This document shows positions 39,147 to 56,989 of a stretch of 64,000 nucleotides of DNA, piece by piece. This stretch comes from the human T2T-CHM13v2.0 reference genome, Homo sapiens. Positions within the stretch are counted from its first letter, which is position 1; every line of letters starts with the position of its first letter. The translations under genes were made by a program, and so were the position numbers. Where the stretch lies: the NCBI RefSeq assembly GCF_009914755.1, contig NC_060931.1; one strand, written 5' to 3'. Below the pieces are notes generated by a model. The model was not told the DNA's origin. It searched no databases and saw nothing but the letters and a program-made list of their open reading frames with translations.

Positions 39147-42100
39147 CTAAAGCGAAGTCCTCAAACCAAAAGTAACAGACATGTCATTCTCATTATACTT
39201 CAATCAAAAATCAGACAACAACCAGAAAACGCATTGGTAATATTTATATTTGAAAGTTCCCCATTTATACATGAGGTTTGGATTACAACTTATTTACAAT
39301 AAGTGATTTCAAAAAAAGTAAAGAAAGAGGAAGGGAAGAGGGAGGGAGGAAAAGAGAGGCTCAGAGAAAGAGAAAAAAGAGAAAGGTGGGAGAAGAAAGG
39401 AGGGAGGGACGGAAGAAAAGGAAACCTATATTCATAGACATCATAATATAGGATATTTATTTCCAAGAGAGATACTACTGCTGCTGTCATGCACAAGAAG
39501 CACTACAAATTCACATTCCGCTAGAACACAATTTGCTCAACTTTCTCTCAAGATGCACGATCCTTTTAGATTTTCAAAATTAAATATAGAGGAATATAAA
39601 ATGCAATGCCAATATGCCTACTACAAAAAATCCCTTGTGGCTCATTCCTTAACTCCACTCAGAGAAGCAGCTGAGCCAGAGTACAAAAATAAAAATATTG
39701 ATGTGCAAATAAAACATCAGTGATCATGTCTGGTGCCACCCTTTTGTTGCAGGTGACTGTCACCTTATGATAACATTGGTAAGAGCATCAAAAGAGAATC
39801 TCTTCATTTCCTGGGCAGGTCAGTGCATCCAATTAAAAGGAAAAAAGGAAAACAAGGAAAAAAACCCCAAACCCCAAAAAACTCTAAACACTTAAAAATT
39901 CCAATAACATCCATACATCACTTTCCCATCCCACCTTCATCCCCACAAAAAAATAAAAATGCTTTTAAAGCTCTAAATATAATATTTTTGTTTCTTTCCA
40001 CAGTGTGATTGAGCCTAAGGCTATACATTTAAGTATAGCAGGTGCAATTACAAGCAAGTCCTGGCTCTGCATCCTGGACTATCCCACACATAGGAGGTAC
40101 AAAATAAATTAAACCCTTTCATTTAGGCAAACAAGCCCAAGATCTACATAACCCTGCTTGTGAGTATCCAGCGGCATTGAGGGTATTATTTATTTCTTAT
40201 TTTTTCTTTTCTTTTATAAAGAACAGTCAAATATTAGGGAGAGCAACATATAATAAAATTTAAAAGGACAAAAACTCAACACTGAAGGAAAACAACTGGG
40301 GATACTTGCACAATGAAAAACAGGGACGCATGCTTGATTCCAAGTATGAGATGGGGGAATTCACTCACATAGCTGTTCTAGGCCCACAGCCTAAGGCCTC
40401 AGCATCATTCTAAACCACAGGGTTGTGTATATTTTTCTCTTCCAAAGACACTTTTAATCATATCCCTGAAATCAATATGGTAAGGATAAGGTTGGAGTCA
40501 TCATCACTTACTAACTACAATATTTGCTATTTAAAAAATATATTTATCTATAGTTCTGGAAATTATGAAGCAAACAAAATATAACACAAAGTTTCATTTG
40601 TCACAATTAACTCAAGTTGCAGCAACAGCAGAATTGTGGGAAGGGACAGGGACAGAGGGCTGCTGCAAATGCAGCAAGTATGTCCTGAAATATGTCACAC
40701 AGTGCAACAGTCAGATTACCTCAGTTACTCTCCGTCACCGCACACAACATGACTAATGTCACATTGTCACTTTCCATTAAAAAAGAAAAAGACAGCGTTT
40801 CTTCTCAGAAGTTGCCCTATGAATTTTAGACATATAGCTTTAATTGATACTTTAAATATGTCTAAAATGTGGCTTTATTCTTCTCAGTTTGGAATGATCA
40901 ACATACAAAATTGACATCAAGGAGGAGAGCTGTAAGTTTTCACCTTTACTCTTGAAGACAGGGTAAGGTGCGAAAAAGGATCCTGGCCTTGCTCGTTTCA
41001 AATGACTGCATTTCATTCCAATGGGCAGAGATTCTTCATAAACCTGTGATTTTAATATCCTCTACCTAAAAAGATGAATTAATGGAAAACAAAAGTTTAT
41101 ATCATCAAAAATAAATATAACGTAGAGTTGAAACTAAAGGGCTAAAATGACGAGGGCTAAAAAAGAGATTTGTAACAAATTTATTTTTATCACTTTGTTC
41201 CAGCATTTTTAAAGTCAGTTGTTTTGTCTTTGGCAGCCTCTACCAACTTTACAGTGAATCCTCATCAATGTTCTTTTTTTTAAAAAAAAAATACTATTAA
41301 TTCCATTAAACCATGTTGTGTCTGGTGTTGCATATGACTTTTTTTTTACTGCGGGTTTTTTTTTTAATTAACAATGCCAGTTTTGTTCTTGTTTTTTTAC
41401 AAAGTTACTGAGATAACAATATCCATAATTAGCTGACTCTTACATACACACTGTGACCTGATAATCCTGAAAAACTTCATGGAGGAGAAAGGTCAGCAGC
41501 TTTTTTTCCTTTTTCTTGAAAACAATAAAACTGTATATTCTACTTTATATTTAAATGTAAGGAAGAAAATATACAAGCCCGTATTTATATTGTATTTCTA
41601 TTAAGAGCAACAATAGTTCATATGTTCATGTTTGCTACTATCACAATTCAATGCATGAACACAGAATCAGCTCTATAGCACGAATACTGCTGGAAGTGAT
41701 GGTTTAGGATTACCAACTCACTGCTGCCATGTCCATAACAAGCAAAATCATCCTGGAAATAAACCCCCAAACACATATCTTTCAGTACATAATAATGCAA
41801 CTGCATTAGGTAAGTACATACTGTACACAAGTTTTATCAGCAGTTTACCTACCCAAGATGTAAGATTCTTCATTTAAATACAAAGCGAAGAGTCAATAAG
41901 ATATATATATATATACACACACATATATATACATATATATAATACAGCCCTAGATTTTGTTTTTTGTTTTTTTCTTAAACAATTTGATCACGATGCACCT
42001 TTGATATAAAACCATTTTTAAACTTTATTATTAATACTCAAGACATTAGGAATTTCCAGATTTTTTTCAGTAGCCTTTGTAGAACCACTTTTGGTAACCA

Positions 42101-44111
42101 ATACAGTAGTTAGGAATATGCATCCAATTCAAAATGCATAATAATACTTATCCTGAATCCTTTCCGGCAAAAAAGAGGGCTGGTGCTGTGATGAGATATA
42201 GAATGAGAATCTACAAAAAACACTGTAACATGTTTGTTTTTTCCCAGAGGCTACATCCTCTTTTGCTGGAATACTTTATAAATATACATTAAAAAGTAAG
42301 GCAACAACTCCAAACAGTCCAAGCTGTTTGCTCAACTCTTTTCCCAATTAGATTTATTTGCAATCCCGGCGATCAATTTCATGGTTGTATTGTTTAGTGT
42401 TTGTCTTTCTTATTTCAAATGGTCCAAAAGGATGTTTTTCTTGCATTTCTAAAACATCTGTGGTATGTGTGTTCAATGATATATGCAACTAATACTGGTC
42501 AGGTACTGAAGCCTGTGATGTCCCAGTGCCTGTTTTCAAAGGATTCAAGACATTGATTTGGATTCACCATAAACTGATGCATGAATCCAAAATTCCCTTC
42601 CTTACTATGTTTATCACCTGTTCTCTTTTAACTCCTAGTTTTAAAACTAAAGGAGTACCAGGACTACCTGGTTACTAGAAAGATGTTCATCCCAGTAAAC
42701 AGAACTTTTATCAGTTCTGTCATGACCCCATTCCACATGGACATTCAACTCAGGAAGATGTGCAAAAGAAAAGATGTCAAATTACAGTCAAGTTATCCAG
42801 AGGAGGATGTTACACAAACTTATAAGGAAATGAGTCTTTTTTTCTTCCTTTACTATAAATACATTTAACAGCTTAGCAGAAAGACAAGCTAAATTTAAGA
42901 TTGTTCACATTTGAAAATTGTATCATACTCTCTGCTAGTGATAAATAAGGAACTCCCGATAATGGAATTTTAACATAGCAATTTCATCAACAGAACTTTG
43001 AGGACTGATTTTTTTCAAAAAGAGGGTTAGAACAATGATTATGTTTGCAAAGTCCTGAGAAGTCCATCTGCTGTCCAAACTTTGGACTGAAGTCCTTATT
43101 TTTTTTCCTTTACTTAGAGACAGGTATATACAGTGCTGTTGTAATAATGAAACAAATGTGAAATCTACTGTAAAGCTGCACAATATGGAAAACTGTTGCT
43201 CCATCTTCTACTACATAAATGTGTGACTCCACAGGTTAGTAATGTTGTTGTCATTGTTTTTGTTAAGTTGGAATTATTCCATCACATCTAAGACCTCTCT
43301 TTAACTCCAGATCCTCCAATTTTTTCCAAATTCTTCACACTCCTTTTCTTTCTTTTTCTCATGCTGACGATCTGACTTGTGTGTGGCTGTCACCTCGTTA
43401 AACATGGTGCTGTTCATTTCTATAAATGCCTTCAACACGTTGTACACCAACGCCACAATAGCCGGATTCCAATGTTCTTTTGAAATCATATAAAGGCTGG
43501 AAAACTTGATGGGAAGGATGACGTTAGAGTTTTCTTCTATCAAACTCATGATGTATTCATTATTCCAATAATAGAGTGCTCTTTCTGCCACCTGAAAATG
43601 GGGGCTAGATACACACTTGGCGATTTGTTTAAACAAAGGTTCTTGGATTTTAACAAATTGTGAAGGTTCAATCACATCCAATATTTCTTCCAGTTCCCCA
43701 AGAAACGTGACCTCTTTTTGACTACATGTTTTAGGCCAAAATTTCATTAACCCCCTAATACTCGTTCTGTGAGTGAAGGATCTTTCTCCAGAAACTGTAC
43801 TGTACAATATGCCAGCTGTGCATGGAAAAGTGATAAGCTCCTGACAGTGTGTAAGGGGATCAATACCTTCACCAGAAAATGTGTTCTGCCTTAAGAGGTA
43901 AAGCAAAGCCATTGATAATACTTCCTAATGTTTCCAGAAGTTCAGCTACACCATTGAAGCGTTCTGTTTCATAAACAAACCTTAGAAAACTATTGTTAAT
44001 CTGTTTTTGGATAAATGCTCTAAGACCGAGAAACTTGCCATAAATTCTGTGTAAGACTGTTTTAAAGTAGTCCCGTTCCCGAGGGTCTTCGCTGTCAAAT
44101 AGCTCCAGAAG

Positions 44112-44320
44112 TGTGATCATCAGGCAATTTTCCAAGCAATCTCCATATTAATCCTCCTGATGAGGTAATTCTGTCCCCCTTTTACAGAAGAGGAAACTGC
44201 GGCACATAAGGGTTAAGTGACGTGCCCATGGTCTCACAGCTAATAGGTGGTAAAGCTAGAATTTGAACCCCAGCAGTTGAGGCCAAAAGTCCATGATCTC
44301 AACCACTGCACTATGCTACC
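44112..44320 (-). mobile_element. MIR carried inside the 5' end of the PPP2R5E retrocopy
   Basis: Minus strand tagcatagtgcagtggttgag..ggggttcaaattc..tagctgtgagaccatgggc..cacttaaccc..cagtttcctcttctgtaaaagggg..gcttggaaaattgcctg follows the MIR consensus. It lies between the retrocopy TSDs. Confidence 0.85.
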
Positions 44321-44739
44321 TACTGATATTCCAAACACCAGTGCTGTATTTTTAATAGAGATGGGGTTTCACTATGTTAGCCAGGCTGGTCTCGAACTCC
44401 TGACCTCGTGATCCGCCTGCCTCGGTCTCCCAAAGCACTGGGATTACAGGGGTGAGCCACTGCACCCGGCCCATTAACAGGTATCTTATGCCAAAAATAA
44501 ATTCTTGATTTCTTTCCCCAAACTGAACTCCTGCCCTAGTCTATCTTATCTTTAATGGCACCTCCAGCCTCAAAGTTTCTCAGACCAACCTTGGAGATGC
44601 TCTGAATTCTTCTGTCTCACTCTGTAGAACAAATGCATCAGCAAATCCCACCTATTATTACATGTGAAATGTATCCAGAATCCAACAATATCTCCCCATC
44701 CCATCTCAAGCAACCATCCTAGACCAAGCCATCAGCATC

Positions 44740-45039
44740 TTTTTTTTTTTTTTTTTTTTTGAGACAGAGTCTCACTCTGTCACCAGGCTGGAGTGCAGTG
44801 GCACTATCTCGGCTCACTGAAACCTCTGCCTCCTGGGTTCAAGTGATTCTCTGGCCTCAGCTTCCCAAGTAGCTGGGACTACAGGCACGTGCCACCACGC
44901 CCAGCTGATTTTTGTATTTTTAGCAGAGATGGGGTTTCACCATGTTGGCTGGGTTGTTCTCGATCTCTTGACCTCATAATCTACCTGCCTCAGCCTCCCA
45001 AAGTGCTGGGGTTATAGTTGTGAGCCACCGCACCCGGCC
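44740..45039 (-). mobile_element. AluS
   Basis: Antisense dimer. Confidence 0.9.
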
Positions 45040-45316
45040 TAGCACCTCTTTTAATTGGTCTTCCTGCTTTTACTCCTGTCTTCCCATAGTCTATCCCTCA
45101 TTGCATGATCTGGTCCCATCTATTCTCTAACTGCATCTGTCACTGCTGTCCTACTCTCTCACTCTGGTCCAGCTGCACTCATATCTTAATTGTTCCTGGG
45201 ACAAGCCAAGCATTCATCCACCTCGAGGTCTTTGAAATGCACCTCTCTATCTGAAATGCTGTCAAGTTTCAGGTGATCACTTCCACTTTCATGGTTCTCA
45301 CCTTACGGCTTCCTTG

Positions 45317-45517
45317 CCAAGCTTGTCCAACCCTCCTTATTTTGTTGTTGTCGTTCTGTTTTGTTTTGTTTTAGGCTTTTGGCAGCCTGAAGCCATGATT
45401 TTTAGTTTCTGTCTCTAGTGATAAGTGGAAAAAAGGGATAAGGAAGGGGCTTTAGTGACCCCACCAGAAACAGAAACTAAGAACCCATAACTGTATTCTC
45501 TCCCTTGGACACCCTTC
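45317..45517. mobile_element. MER107-like hAT MITE
   Basis: Terminal ..tgtccaa / ttggaca.. inverted motif; near-perfect 8-bp TSD cttcctt(g/c) 45309-45316 / 45518-45525. Confidence 0.6.
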
Positions 45518-45696
45518 CTTCCTTCTGCTGTAGTTGAGATAAGACAATTAATGGCAGACAGAATGCTGGGGCTCTCCTCCAAACATGGGGAGGTGCCAAA
45601 GACTGATGTTTCTGTCTCCCCAAAATTCATAGGTAGAAACCGAATCCCCAAGGGGATAATATTTGGAGGCAGGGCCTTTGGGAACTGATTAGGTCA

Positions 45697-46060
<364 letters not shown>

Positions 46061-46310
46061 AAAATGCTTGAAGGGATGAATACCCCGTTCTCCATGATGT
46101 AATTATTACAATTGCATGCCTGAATCAAAACATCTCATGTACCCCATAAATATATATACCTACTATGTACCTACAAAAATTAAAAATAAAAAGAAATTTT
46201 TAATAAAATGCGAAGTATCCCCTCATTCCTTCTGCCATGTGAGTACATAGCAAAAATACAGTTATCTATTAATATAAATCAGGAATGGGCTGTCACTAGA
46301 CACCAGATCT

Positions 46311-46520
46311 CACCTTACCACTTACATTAACAGGTATCTTATGCCAAAAGTAAATTCTTGATTTCTTTCCCCAAACTTAACTCCTTCCCTAGTCTACCCT
46401 ATCTCCAATGGCATCACCAGCCTCAAAGATCTCAGCACCACCAGATCTCACTCTTACCATATACTTTAACAGCTATGCCAAAAAGAAATTCTTGATTTCT
46501 TTTGAATAAATCAGAAGAGA
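46311..46520 (+). repeat. Locally templated duplication (one ~120-bp copy plus one degenerate partial copy) of the L2 site at 38118-38140 / 44472-44583
   Basis: ttaccacttacattaacaggtatcttatgccaaaagtaaattcttgatttctttccccaaact.. matches both flanks of the Alu/PPP2R5E insertion. Confidence 0.88.
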
Positions 46521-46755
46521 GGCCAGGCACCTTGATCTTGGACTTCAAGCTTCCAACACTGTAAGAAATAAATTTCCCTTGTTTGTAAACCACCCGGTCT
46601 ATGATACTTTGGTATAACAGTCAAATGGAATAAAACAGGGGTGACTGTGGAAGGCAACCCTGGTGGGGAGTCTGCCATCATGAGAATGAGGGCCATAACA
46701 CTATCCATTGAGGCATCTGGGGCCTAGAATACTATATAAGTCTATTTTGTCATGA

Positions 46756-47119
<364 letters not shown>

Positions 47120-47356
47120 CAGAAGTTTTTTATTTTTTTATTTTATTATTATTATACTTTAAGTTTTAAGGTACATGTGCACAACCTGCAGCTTTGTTAC
47201 ATATGTATACATGTGCCATGTTGGTGTGCTGCACCCATTAACTCATCATTTAACATTAGGTATATCTCCTAATGCTATCCCTCCCCCCTTCCCCCTACAC
47301 CACAACAGACCCTGGTGTGTGATGTTCCCCTTCCTGTGTCCATGTGTTCTCATTGT

Positions 47357-51171
<3,815 letters not shown>

Positions 51172-51234
51172 TATGATGTTAGCTGGTTATTTTGCTCATT
51201 AGTTGATGCAGTTTCTTCCTAGCCTCAGTGGTCT

Positions 51235-52250
51235 TTATAATTTGGCATGTTTTTGCAGTGACTGGTACCGGTTGTTCCTTTCCATGTTTAGTGCTTCCTT
51301 CAGGAGCTCTTTTAGGGCAGGCCTGGTGGTGACAAAATCTCTCAGCATTTGTTTGTCTGTAAAGGATTTTATTTCTCCTTCACTTATGAAGCTTAGTTTG
51401 ACTGGATATGAAATTCTGGGTTGAAAATTCTTTTCTTTAAGAATGTTGAATATTGGCCCCCACTCTCTTCTGGCTTGAAGAGTTTCTGCCGAGAGATCAC
51501 CTGTTAGTCTGATGGGCTTCCGTTTGTGGGTAACCCGACCTTTCTCTCTGGCTGCCCTTAACATTTTTTCCTTCATTTCAACTTTGGTGAATCTGACAAT
51601 TATGTGTCTTGGAGTTGCTGTTCTCTAGGAGTATCTTCATGGCGTTCTCTGTATTTCCTGAATCTGAATGTTGGCCTGCCTTGCTAGATTGGGGAAGTTC
51701 TCATGGATAATATCCTGTGGAGTGTTTTCCAACTTGGTTCCATTCTCCTGTCACTTTCAGGTACACCAGTCAGACATAGAATTGGTCTTTTCACATAGTC
51801 CCATATTTCTTGGAGGCTTTGTTCATTTCTTTTTATTCTTTTTTCTCTAAACTTCTCTTCTTGCTTCATTTCATTCATTTGATCTTCCATCACTGCTACC
51901 CTTTCTTCCAGTTGATCAAATCGGCTACTGAGGTTTGTGCATTCGTCACGTAGTTCTCGTGCCATGGTTTTCAGCTCCATCAGGTCCTTTAAGAACTTCT
52001 CTGCATTAGTTATTCTAGTTAGCCATTCGTCTAATTTTTTTTCAAGGTTTTAAACTTCTTTGCCATGGGTTCGAACTTCCTCCTTTAGCTCAGCGTAGTT
52101 TGATCATCTGAAGACTTCCTCTCTCAACTCATCAAAGTCATTCTCCATCCAGCTTTGTTGCATTGCTGGTGAGGAGCTGCATTCCTTTGGAGGAGGAGAG
52201 GCGCTCTGATTTTTAGAGTTTCCAGTTTTTCTGCTCTGTTTTTTCCCCAT
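51235..52250 (-). pseudogene. L1 ORF1p remnant (frameshifted)
   Basis: ATG 52250 (MGKKQSRK). Fragments MELKTMARELRDEC.. and MKEKMLRAAREKGRVTH..QKHAKL lie in different frames. Confidence 0.9.
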
Positions 52251-53275
52251 CTTTGTGGTTTTATCTACCTTTGGTCTTTGATGATGGTGACGTACAGATG
52301 GGGTGTTGGTGTGGATGTCCTTTCTGTTTGTTAGTTTTCCTTCTAACAGTCAGGACCCTCCACTGCAGCTCTGTTTGAGTTTGCTGGAGGTCCACTCCAG
52401 ACCCTGTTTGCCTGGGTATCAGCAGTGGTGGCTGCAGAACTGCGGATATTGGTGAACCACAAATGCTGCTGCCTGATCGTTCCTCTGGAAGTTTTGTCTC
52501 AGAGGAGTTCCCAGGCATGTGAGGTGTCAGTCTGCCCCTACTAGGGGTGCCTCCCAGTTAGGCTACTTGGGGGTCAGGGACCCACTTGAGGAGGCAGTCT
52601 GCCCATTCTCAGATCTCAAGCTGCGTGCTGGGAGAACCACTACTCTCTTTAAAGCTGTCAGACAGGTACATTTAAGTCTGCAGAGGTTACTGCTGCCTTT
52701 TGTTTGTCTGTGCCCTGTCCCCAGAGGTGGAGCCTACAGAGGCAGGCAGGCCTCCTTGAGCTGTGGTGGGCTCCACCCAGTTCGAGATTCCCGGTCGCTT
52801 TGTTTACCTACTCAAGCCTCAGCAATGGCGGGCACCCCTCCCCAAGCCTCGCTGCCGCCTTGCAGTTTGATCTCAGACTGCTGTGCTAGCAATGAGCGAG
52901 ACTGTGGGCATAGGACCAGATGCGGGATATAATCTCCTGGCGTGCTGTTTGTTAAGCCCGTTGGAAAAGCGCAGTATTAGGGTGGGAGTGACCCTATTTT
53001 CCAGGTGCTGTCTGTCACCCCTTTCTTTGAGTAGGAAAGGGAATTCCCTGACTCCTTGAGCTTCCCTGGTGAAGCGATGCCTCACCCTGCTTCAGCTCAC
53101 ACATGTTGCGCTGCACCCACTGTCCTGCACCCACTGTCCGGCACTCCCCAGTGAGATGAACCTGGTACCTCAGTTGGAAATGCAGAAATCACCTGTCTTG
53201 TGTGTCACTCATGCTGGGAACTGTAGACTGGAGCTGTTCCTATTTGGCCTTCTTGGCTCCTCCCCTGCTCCAGAA

Positions 53276-53614
53276 GTTTTTTTAAATTTATTTTACTCTA
53301 AGTTCTGGGATACATGTGTGGAACATGCAGGTGTGTTACATAGGTATACATGTGCCATGGTGGTTTGCTGCACCTATCAACCCATCATCTAGGTTTTAAG
53401 CCCTGCATGCATTAGGTATTTGTCCTAATGCTCTCCCTCACCTTGCCTCCCACCCCCCAACAGGCCCTGATGAATGATGTTCCTCTCCCTGTGTCCATGT
53501 GTTCTCATTGTTCAACTCCCACTTATGAGTAAGAACATGCAGTGTTTGGTTTTCTGAGTTCATGTCCTTTACAGGGACATGGATGAAGCTGGAAGCCATC
53601 ATTCTCAGCAAACT
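53276..53614 (-). mobile_element. Older 5'-truncated L1 (L1PA7/8-like 3' end) with a twin-primed 5' inversion
   Basis: Antisense L1 3' UTR 53276-53555, then a sense piece gagttcatgtcctttacagggacatggatgaagctgg..cagcaaact. TSD aaactta(a/t)cagaacttttt at ~46789-46807 and 53610-53628. Confidence 0.8.
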
Positions 53615-54067
53615 TATCAGAACTTTTTATCTCCTACCTCCTAGTTGCTGATATTTCTTGAGCTCTGAATCCCAAGCTGAAGAATCATTTCTTATTTTTA
53701 TTCTTTGTTATAGTTATTTGTGCACAAAGCTTATTTAACATTTTGGACTGTAAGCATCTCAAAGCTTAGATTTTATAGCTTTATCATCTCTTCTATTTCT
53801 ACCACAGAACAAGCTGCAGAGTAGGTCCAGGCTACTAGTTAACATTTAGGGAGCACTTCTTATGTGCTAATGTGCAAGTGGTTTGCAAACATGGTTGTGC
53901 TAATTTCCCTCCCTGTATGCATTTTCCTTTGCAGTATGAATCTACAGTGTTTTCCTCAAGTAATGGAGTCAGTTTCCCCAACCATGGCATCTAGGCTGGC
54001 CTTGTGGCTTAGTCTGACCAAGAGCATGTGACAGACATTATGCCTAGACCTCAAGAATCCTTGCATA

Positions 54068-54457
<390 letters not shown>

Positions 54458-54632
54458 TAGCCTGCTGGAGGATGAAAGAAACATGGAGCCTAGTCATGTC
54501 CTCCCAGCTGAGGTCATCTTAGATTAACCAAACCAGCTGGCCCAGCAGCTGACTTCAGACACATAAGCAAGCCTAGCTGAGCCTCATCCAAATTATAAAC
54601 CAACAAAAGGCAAATAAATAGTTGTTTTAAGT

Positions 54633-54852
54633 CAGGAGTTGGCAAACTACGGCCTGTGGACCAAATCTGGTCTGTCTCCTGTTTTGTGAATATTATTTTG
54701 TTGGAACACAGCCTCACTCCTTCCTTTATGTATTATCTATAGCTGCTTTCATATGATAACAGAGTTGAATAGTTGCAGCAAACACCGTATGGCCTGCAAA
54801 GCTTAAAATATTGCCTCTCTCTCTCTTCACAAAAACAACTTGCAAACCTTGC
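54633..54852. mobile_element. MER58A-like hAT MITE
   Basis: caggagttggcaaactacggcctgtggaccaaatctgg..tatggcctgcaaagcttaaaata..ttgcaaacct. Confidence 0.8.
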
Positions 54853-54893
54853 TTTAAGTCACTAAGTGTGGGAGTGGCTTGTAATATCCATGA

Positions 54894-55228
<335 letters not shown>

Positions 55229-55523
55229 TATTATCTGTTTTAATCATCAGTTTAACTCACTGAGGGTTGATCATGCCCATTTTACAGATAGAAAACTGAG
55301 GCATAGTGAAGGCAAAAAATTTTTATACAGTGGGATCAGGCGAAAACCCAAATACCCTGCTTACAGTCTTATGACATTGGTATTAATGCTGTGTTAAATA
55401 ATGTTTAGTAGATGAGTACCTGTCTGAGTGAATATAGAGCTGAATAACCACTCAGGTCAGGTCAGTTCTTATGAGGAAGGAACATGGATAGTAACAATCC
55501 TTGAGTCAGTGGCGTGTACTTCT

Positions 55524-56028
55524 GGATACAAGCCCCCCAAAATCTGGCCATAAACTGGCCCCAAAATTGGCCATAAACAAAATCTCTGCAGCACTGTGAC
55601 ATGTTCATGATGGCCATAAAGCCCATGCTGGAAGGTTGTGGGTTTACCGGAATGAGGGCAAGGAACACCTGGCCCATCAGGGCAGAAAGCCGCTTAAAGG
55701 TGTTCTTAAACCACAAACAATAGCATGAGTGATCTGTGCCTTAAGAGCATGTTCCTCTGCAGATAACTAGCCAGACCTACCCCTTTATTTCAGCCCATCC
55801 CTTTGTTTCTCATAAGGGATACTTTTAGTTAATCGAATATCTATAGAAACAATGCTAATGACTGGCTTGCTGTTCATAAATACGTGGGTAAATCTCTGTT
55901 CGGGGCTCTCAGCTCTGAAGGCTGTGAGACCCCTGATTTCCCACTTTACATCTCTATATTTCTGTGTGTGTCTTTAATTCCTCTAGTGCCGCTGGGTTAG
56001 GGTCTCCCCGACTGAGATGGTCTTGGCA
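55524..56028 (+). mobile_element. MER9 5' LTR
   Basis: Matches the 3' LTR and ends ..ggtcttggca. The first ~5 bp (TGTT) are lost at the host junction. Confidence 0.92.
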
Positions 56029-56030
56029 AG

Positions 56031-56049
56031 TGGCGTCCATCGTGGGGGC
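56031..56049 (+). other. Primer-binding site, tRNA-Lys(CUU) type
   Basis: tggcgtccatcgtgggggc versus Lys1,2 PBS TGGCGCCCAACGTGGGGC, 2 nt after the LTR end. Confidence 0.85.
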
Positions 56050-56178
56050 TCGAATCCAGGTTGAAGGGTCACCAGAGCAACAGTTGGAGAATGTGGAACT
56101 AGCTGGAGGACCCCCGAGTACTCTTAAAGCAATCCCTGTGGTGAGTAAGAAGGGGAGCTCGGAAGCATCAGGGTAACA

Positions 56179-56930
56179 ATGGGACAAGTGTGGGGTCTGG
56201 TTCGTTCCACGCTGGAACTTTTTCACACTGATGATGAGGAGGAAGGAGAGTATAATGAAGTAACAGAAGAGGTTACAGAGCAGGTTTATTTGCCATCTAA
56301 AGCTAAAGCGGCAAAGGGGGGAGAGGTTCATATCTACCCTTCTGCACCACCTCATTATTATTTTGAAGAAAAAGGCCCTCCAGATCTTTCTTTTCCGGAG
56401 GACGCTGGGCGAAAATAGTTGCCCCAGTGACTGACTGAGCAGCGCGTTGAGCGACCACTCTCAGTTCTATTCAGGCAGGAATTCAGCAAGCTAGATGAGA
56501 GAGTGATTTAGAGGCTTGGCAGTTCCCTGTTAAAATACGCCCCCCAGATCAACAGGGAAATATTATAGCTACATTTGAGCCTTTTCCTTTTAAATTTGAG
56601 AAAGCACATTTAGTTGATTATATCAAGGCCTGTGATGGTATCGGAGGTAATCTGCATAAAGCTACCTTGTTGGCACAGGCAATGGCAGGACTGAGAGTGG
56701 ATGAAGGAAATACTCCATTTCCTGGAGCTTGTTTTAACTGTGGGAAGCATGGTCATACTAAAAAAGAACGTAGAAAAAATCAGCGAGTCAGGCCACCAGA
56801 TAGGGGAAAAAAGAAAACTGCTGAGCCAGAAATATGTCCAAAATGTAAAAAAGGAAAACACTGAGCTAATCAATGCCACTCTAAGTTTGATAAAGATGGG
56901 AACCCCATTTCGAGAAATGCCATGAGGGGC
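56179..56930 (+). pseudogene. HML-3 gag remnant (5' part plus NC zinc knuckles; most of CA deleted)
   Basis: MGQVWGLVRSTLELF..; CFNCGKHGHTKKE and CPKCKKGKH knuckles; only ~750 bp. Confidence 0.85.
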
Positions 56931-56989
56931 CTGTCGTGGGCCCCATTCCAAACCGAGGCATTTCCGGCTCAGGCCGTTCCCTCACCCCT

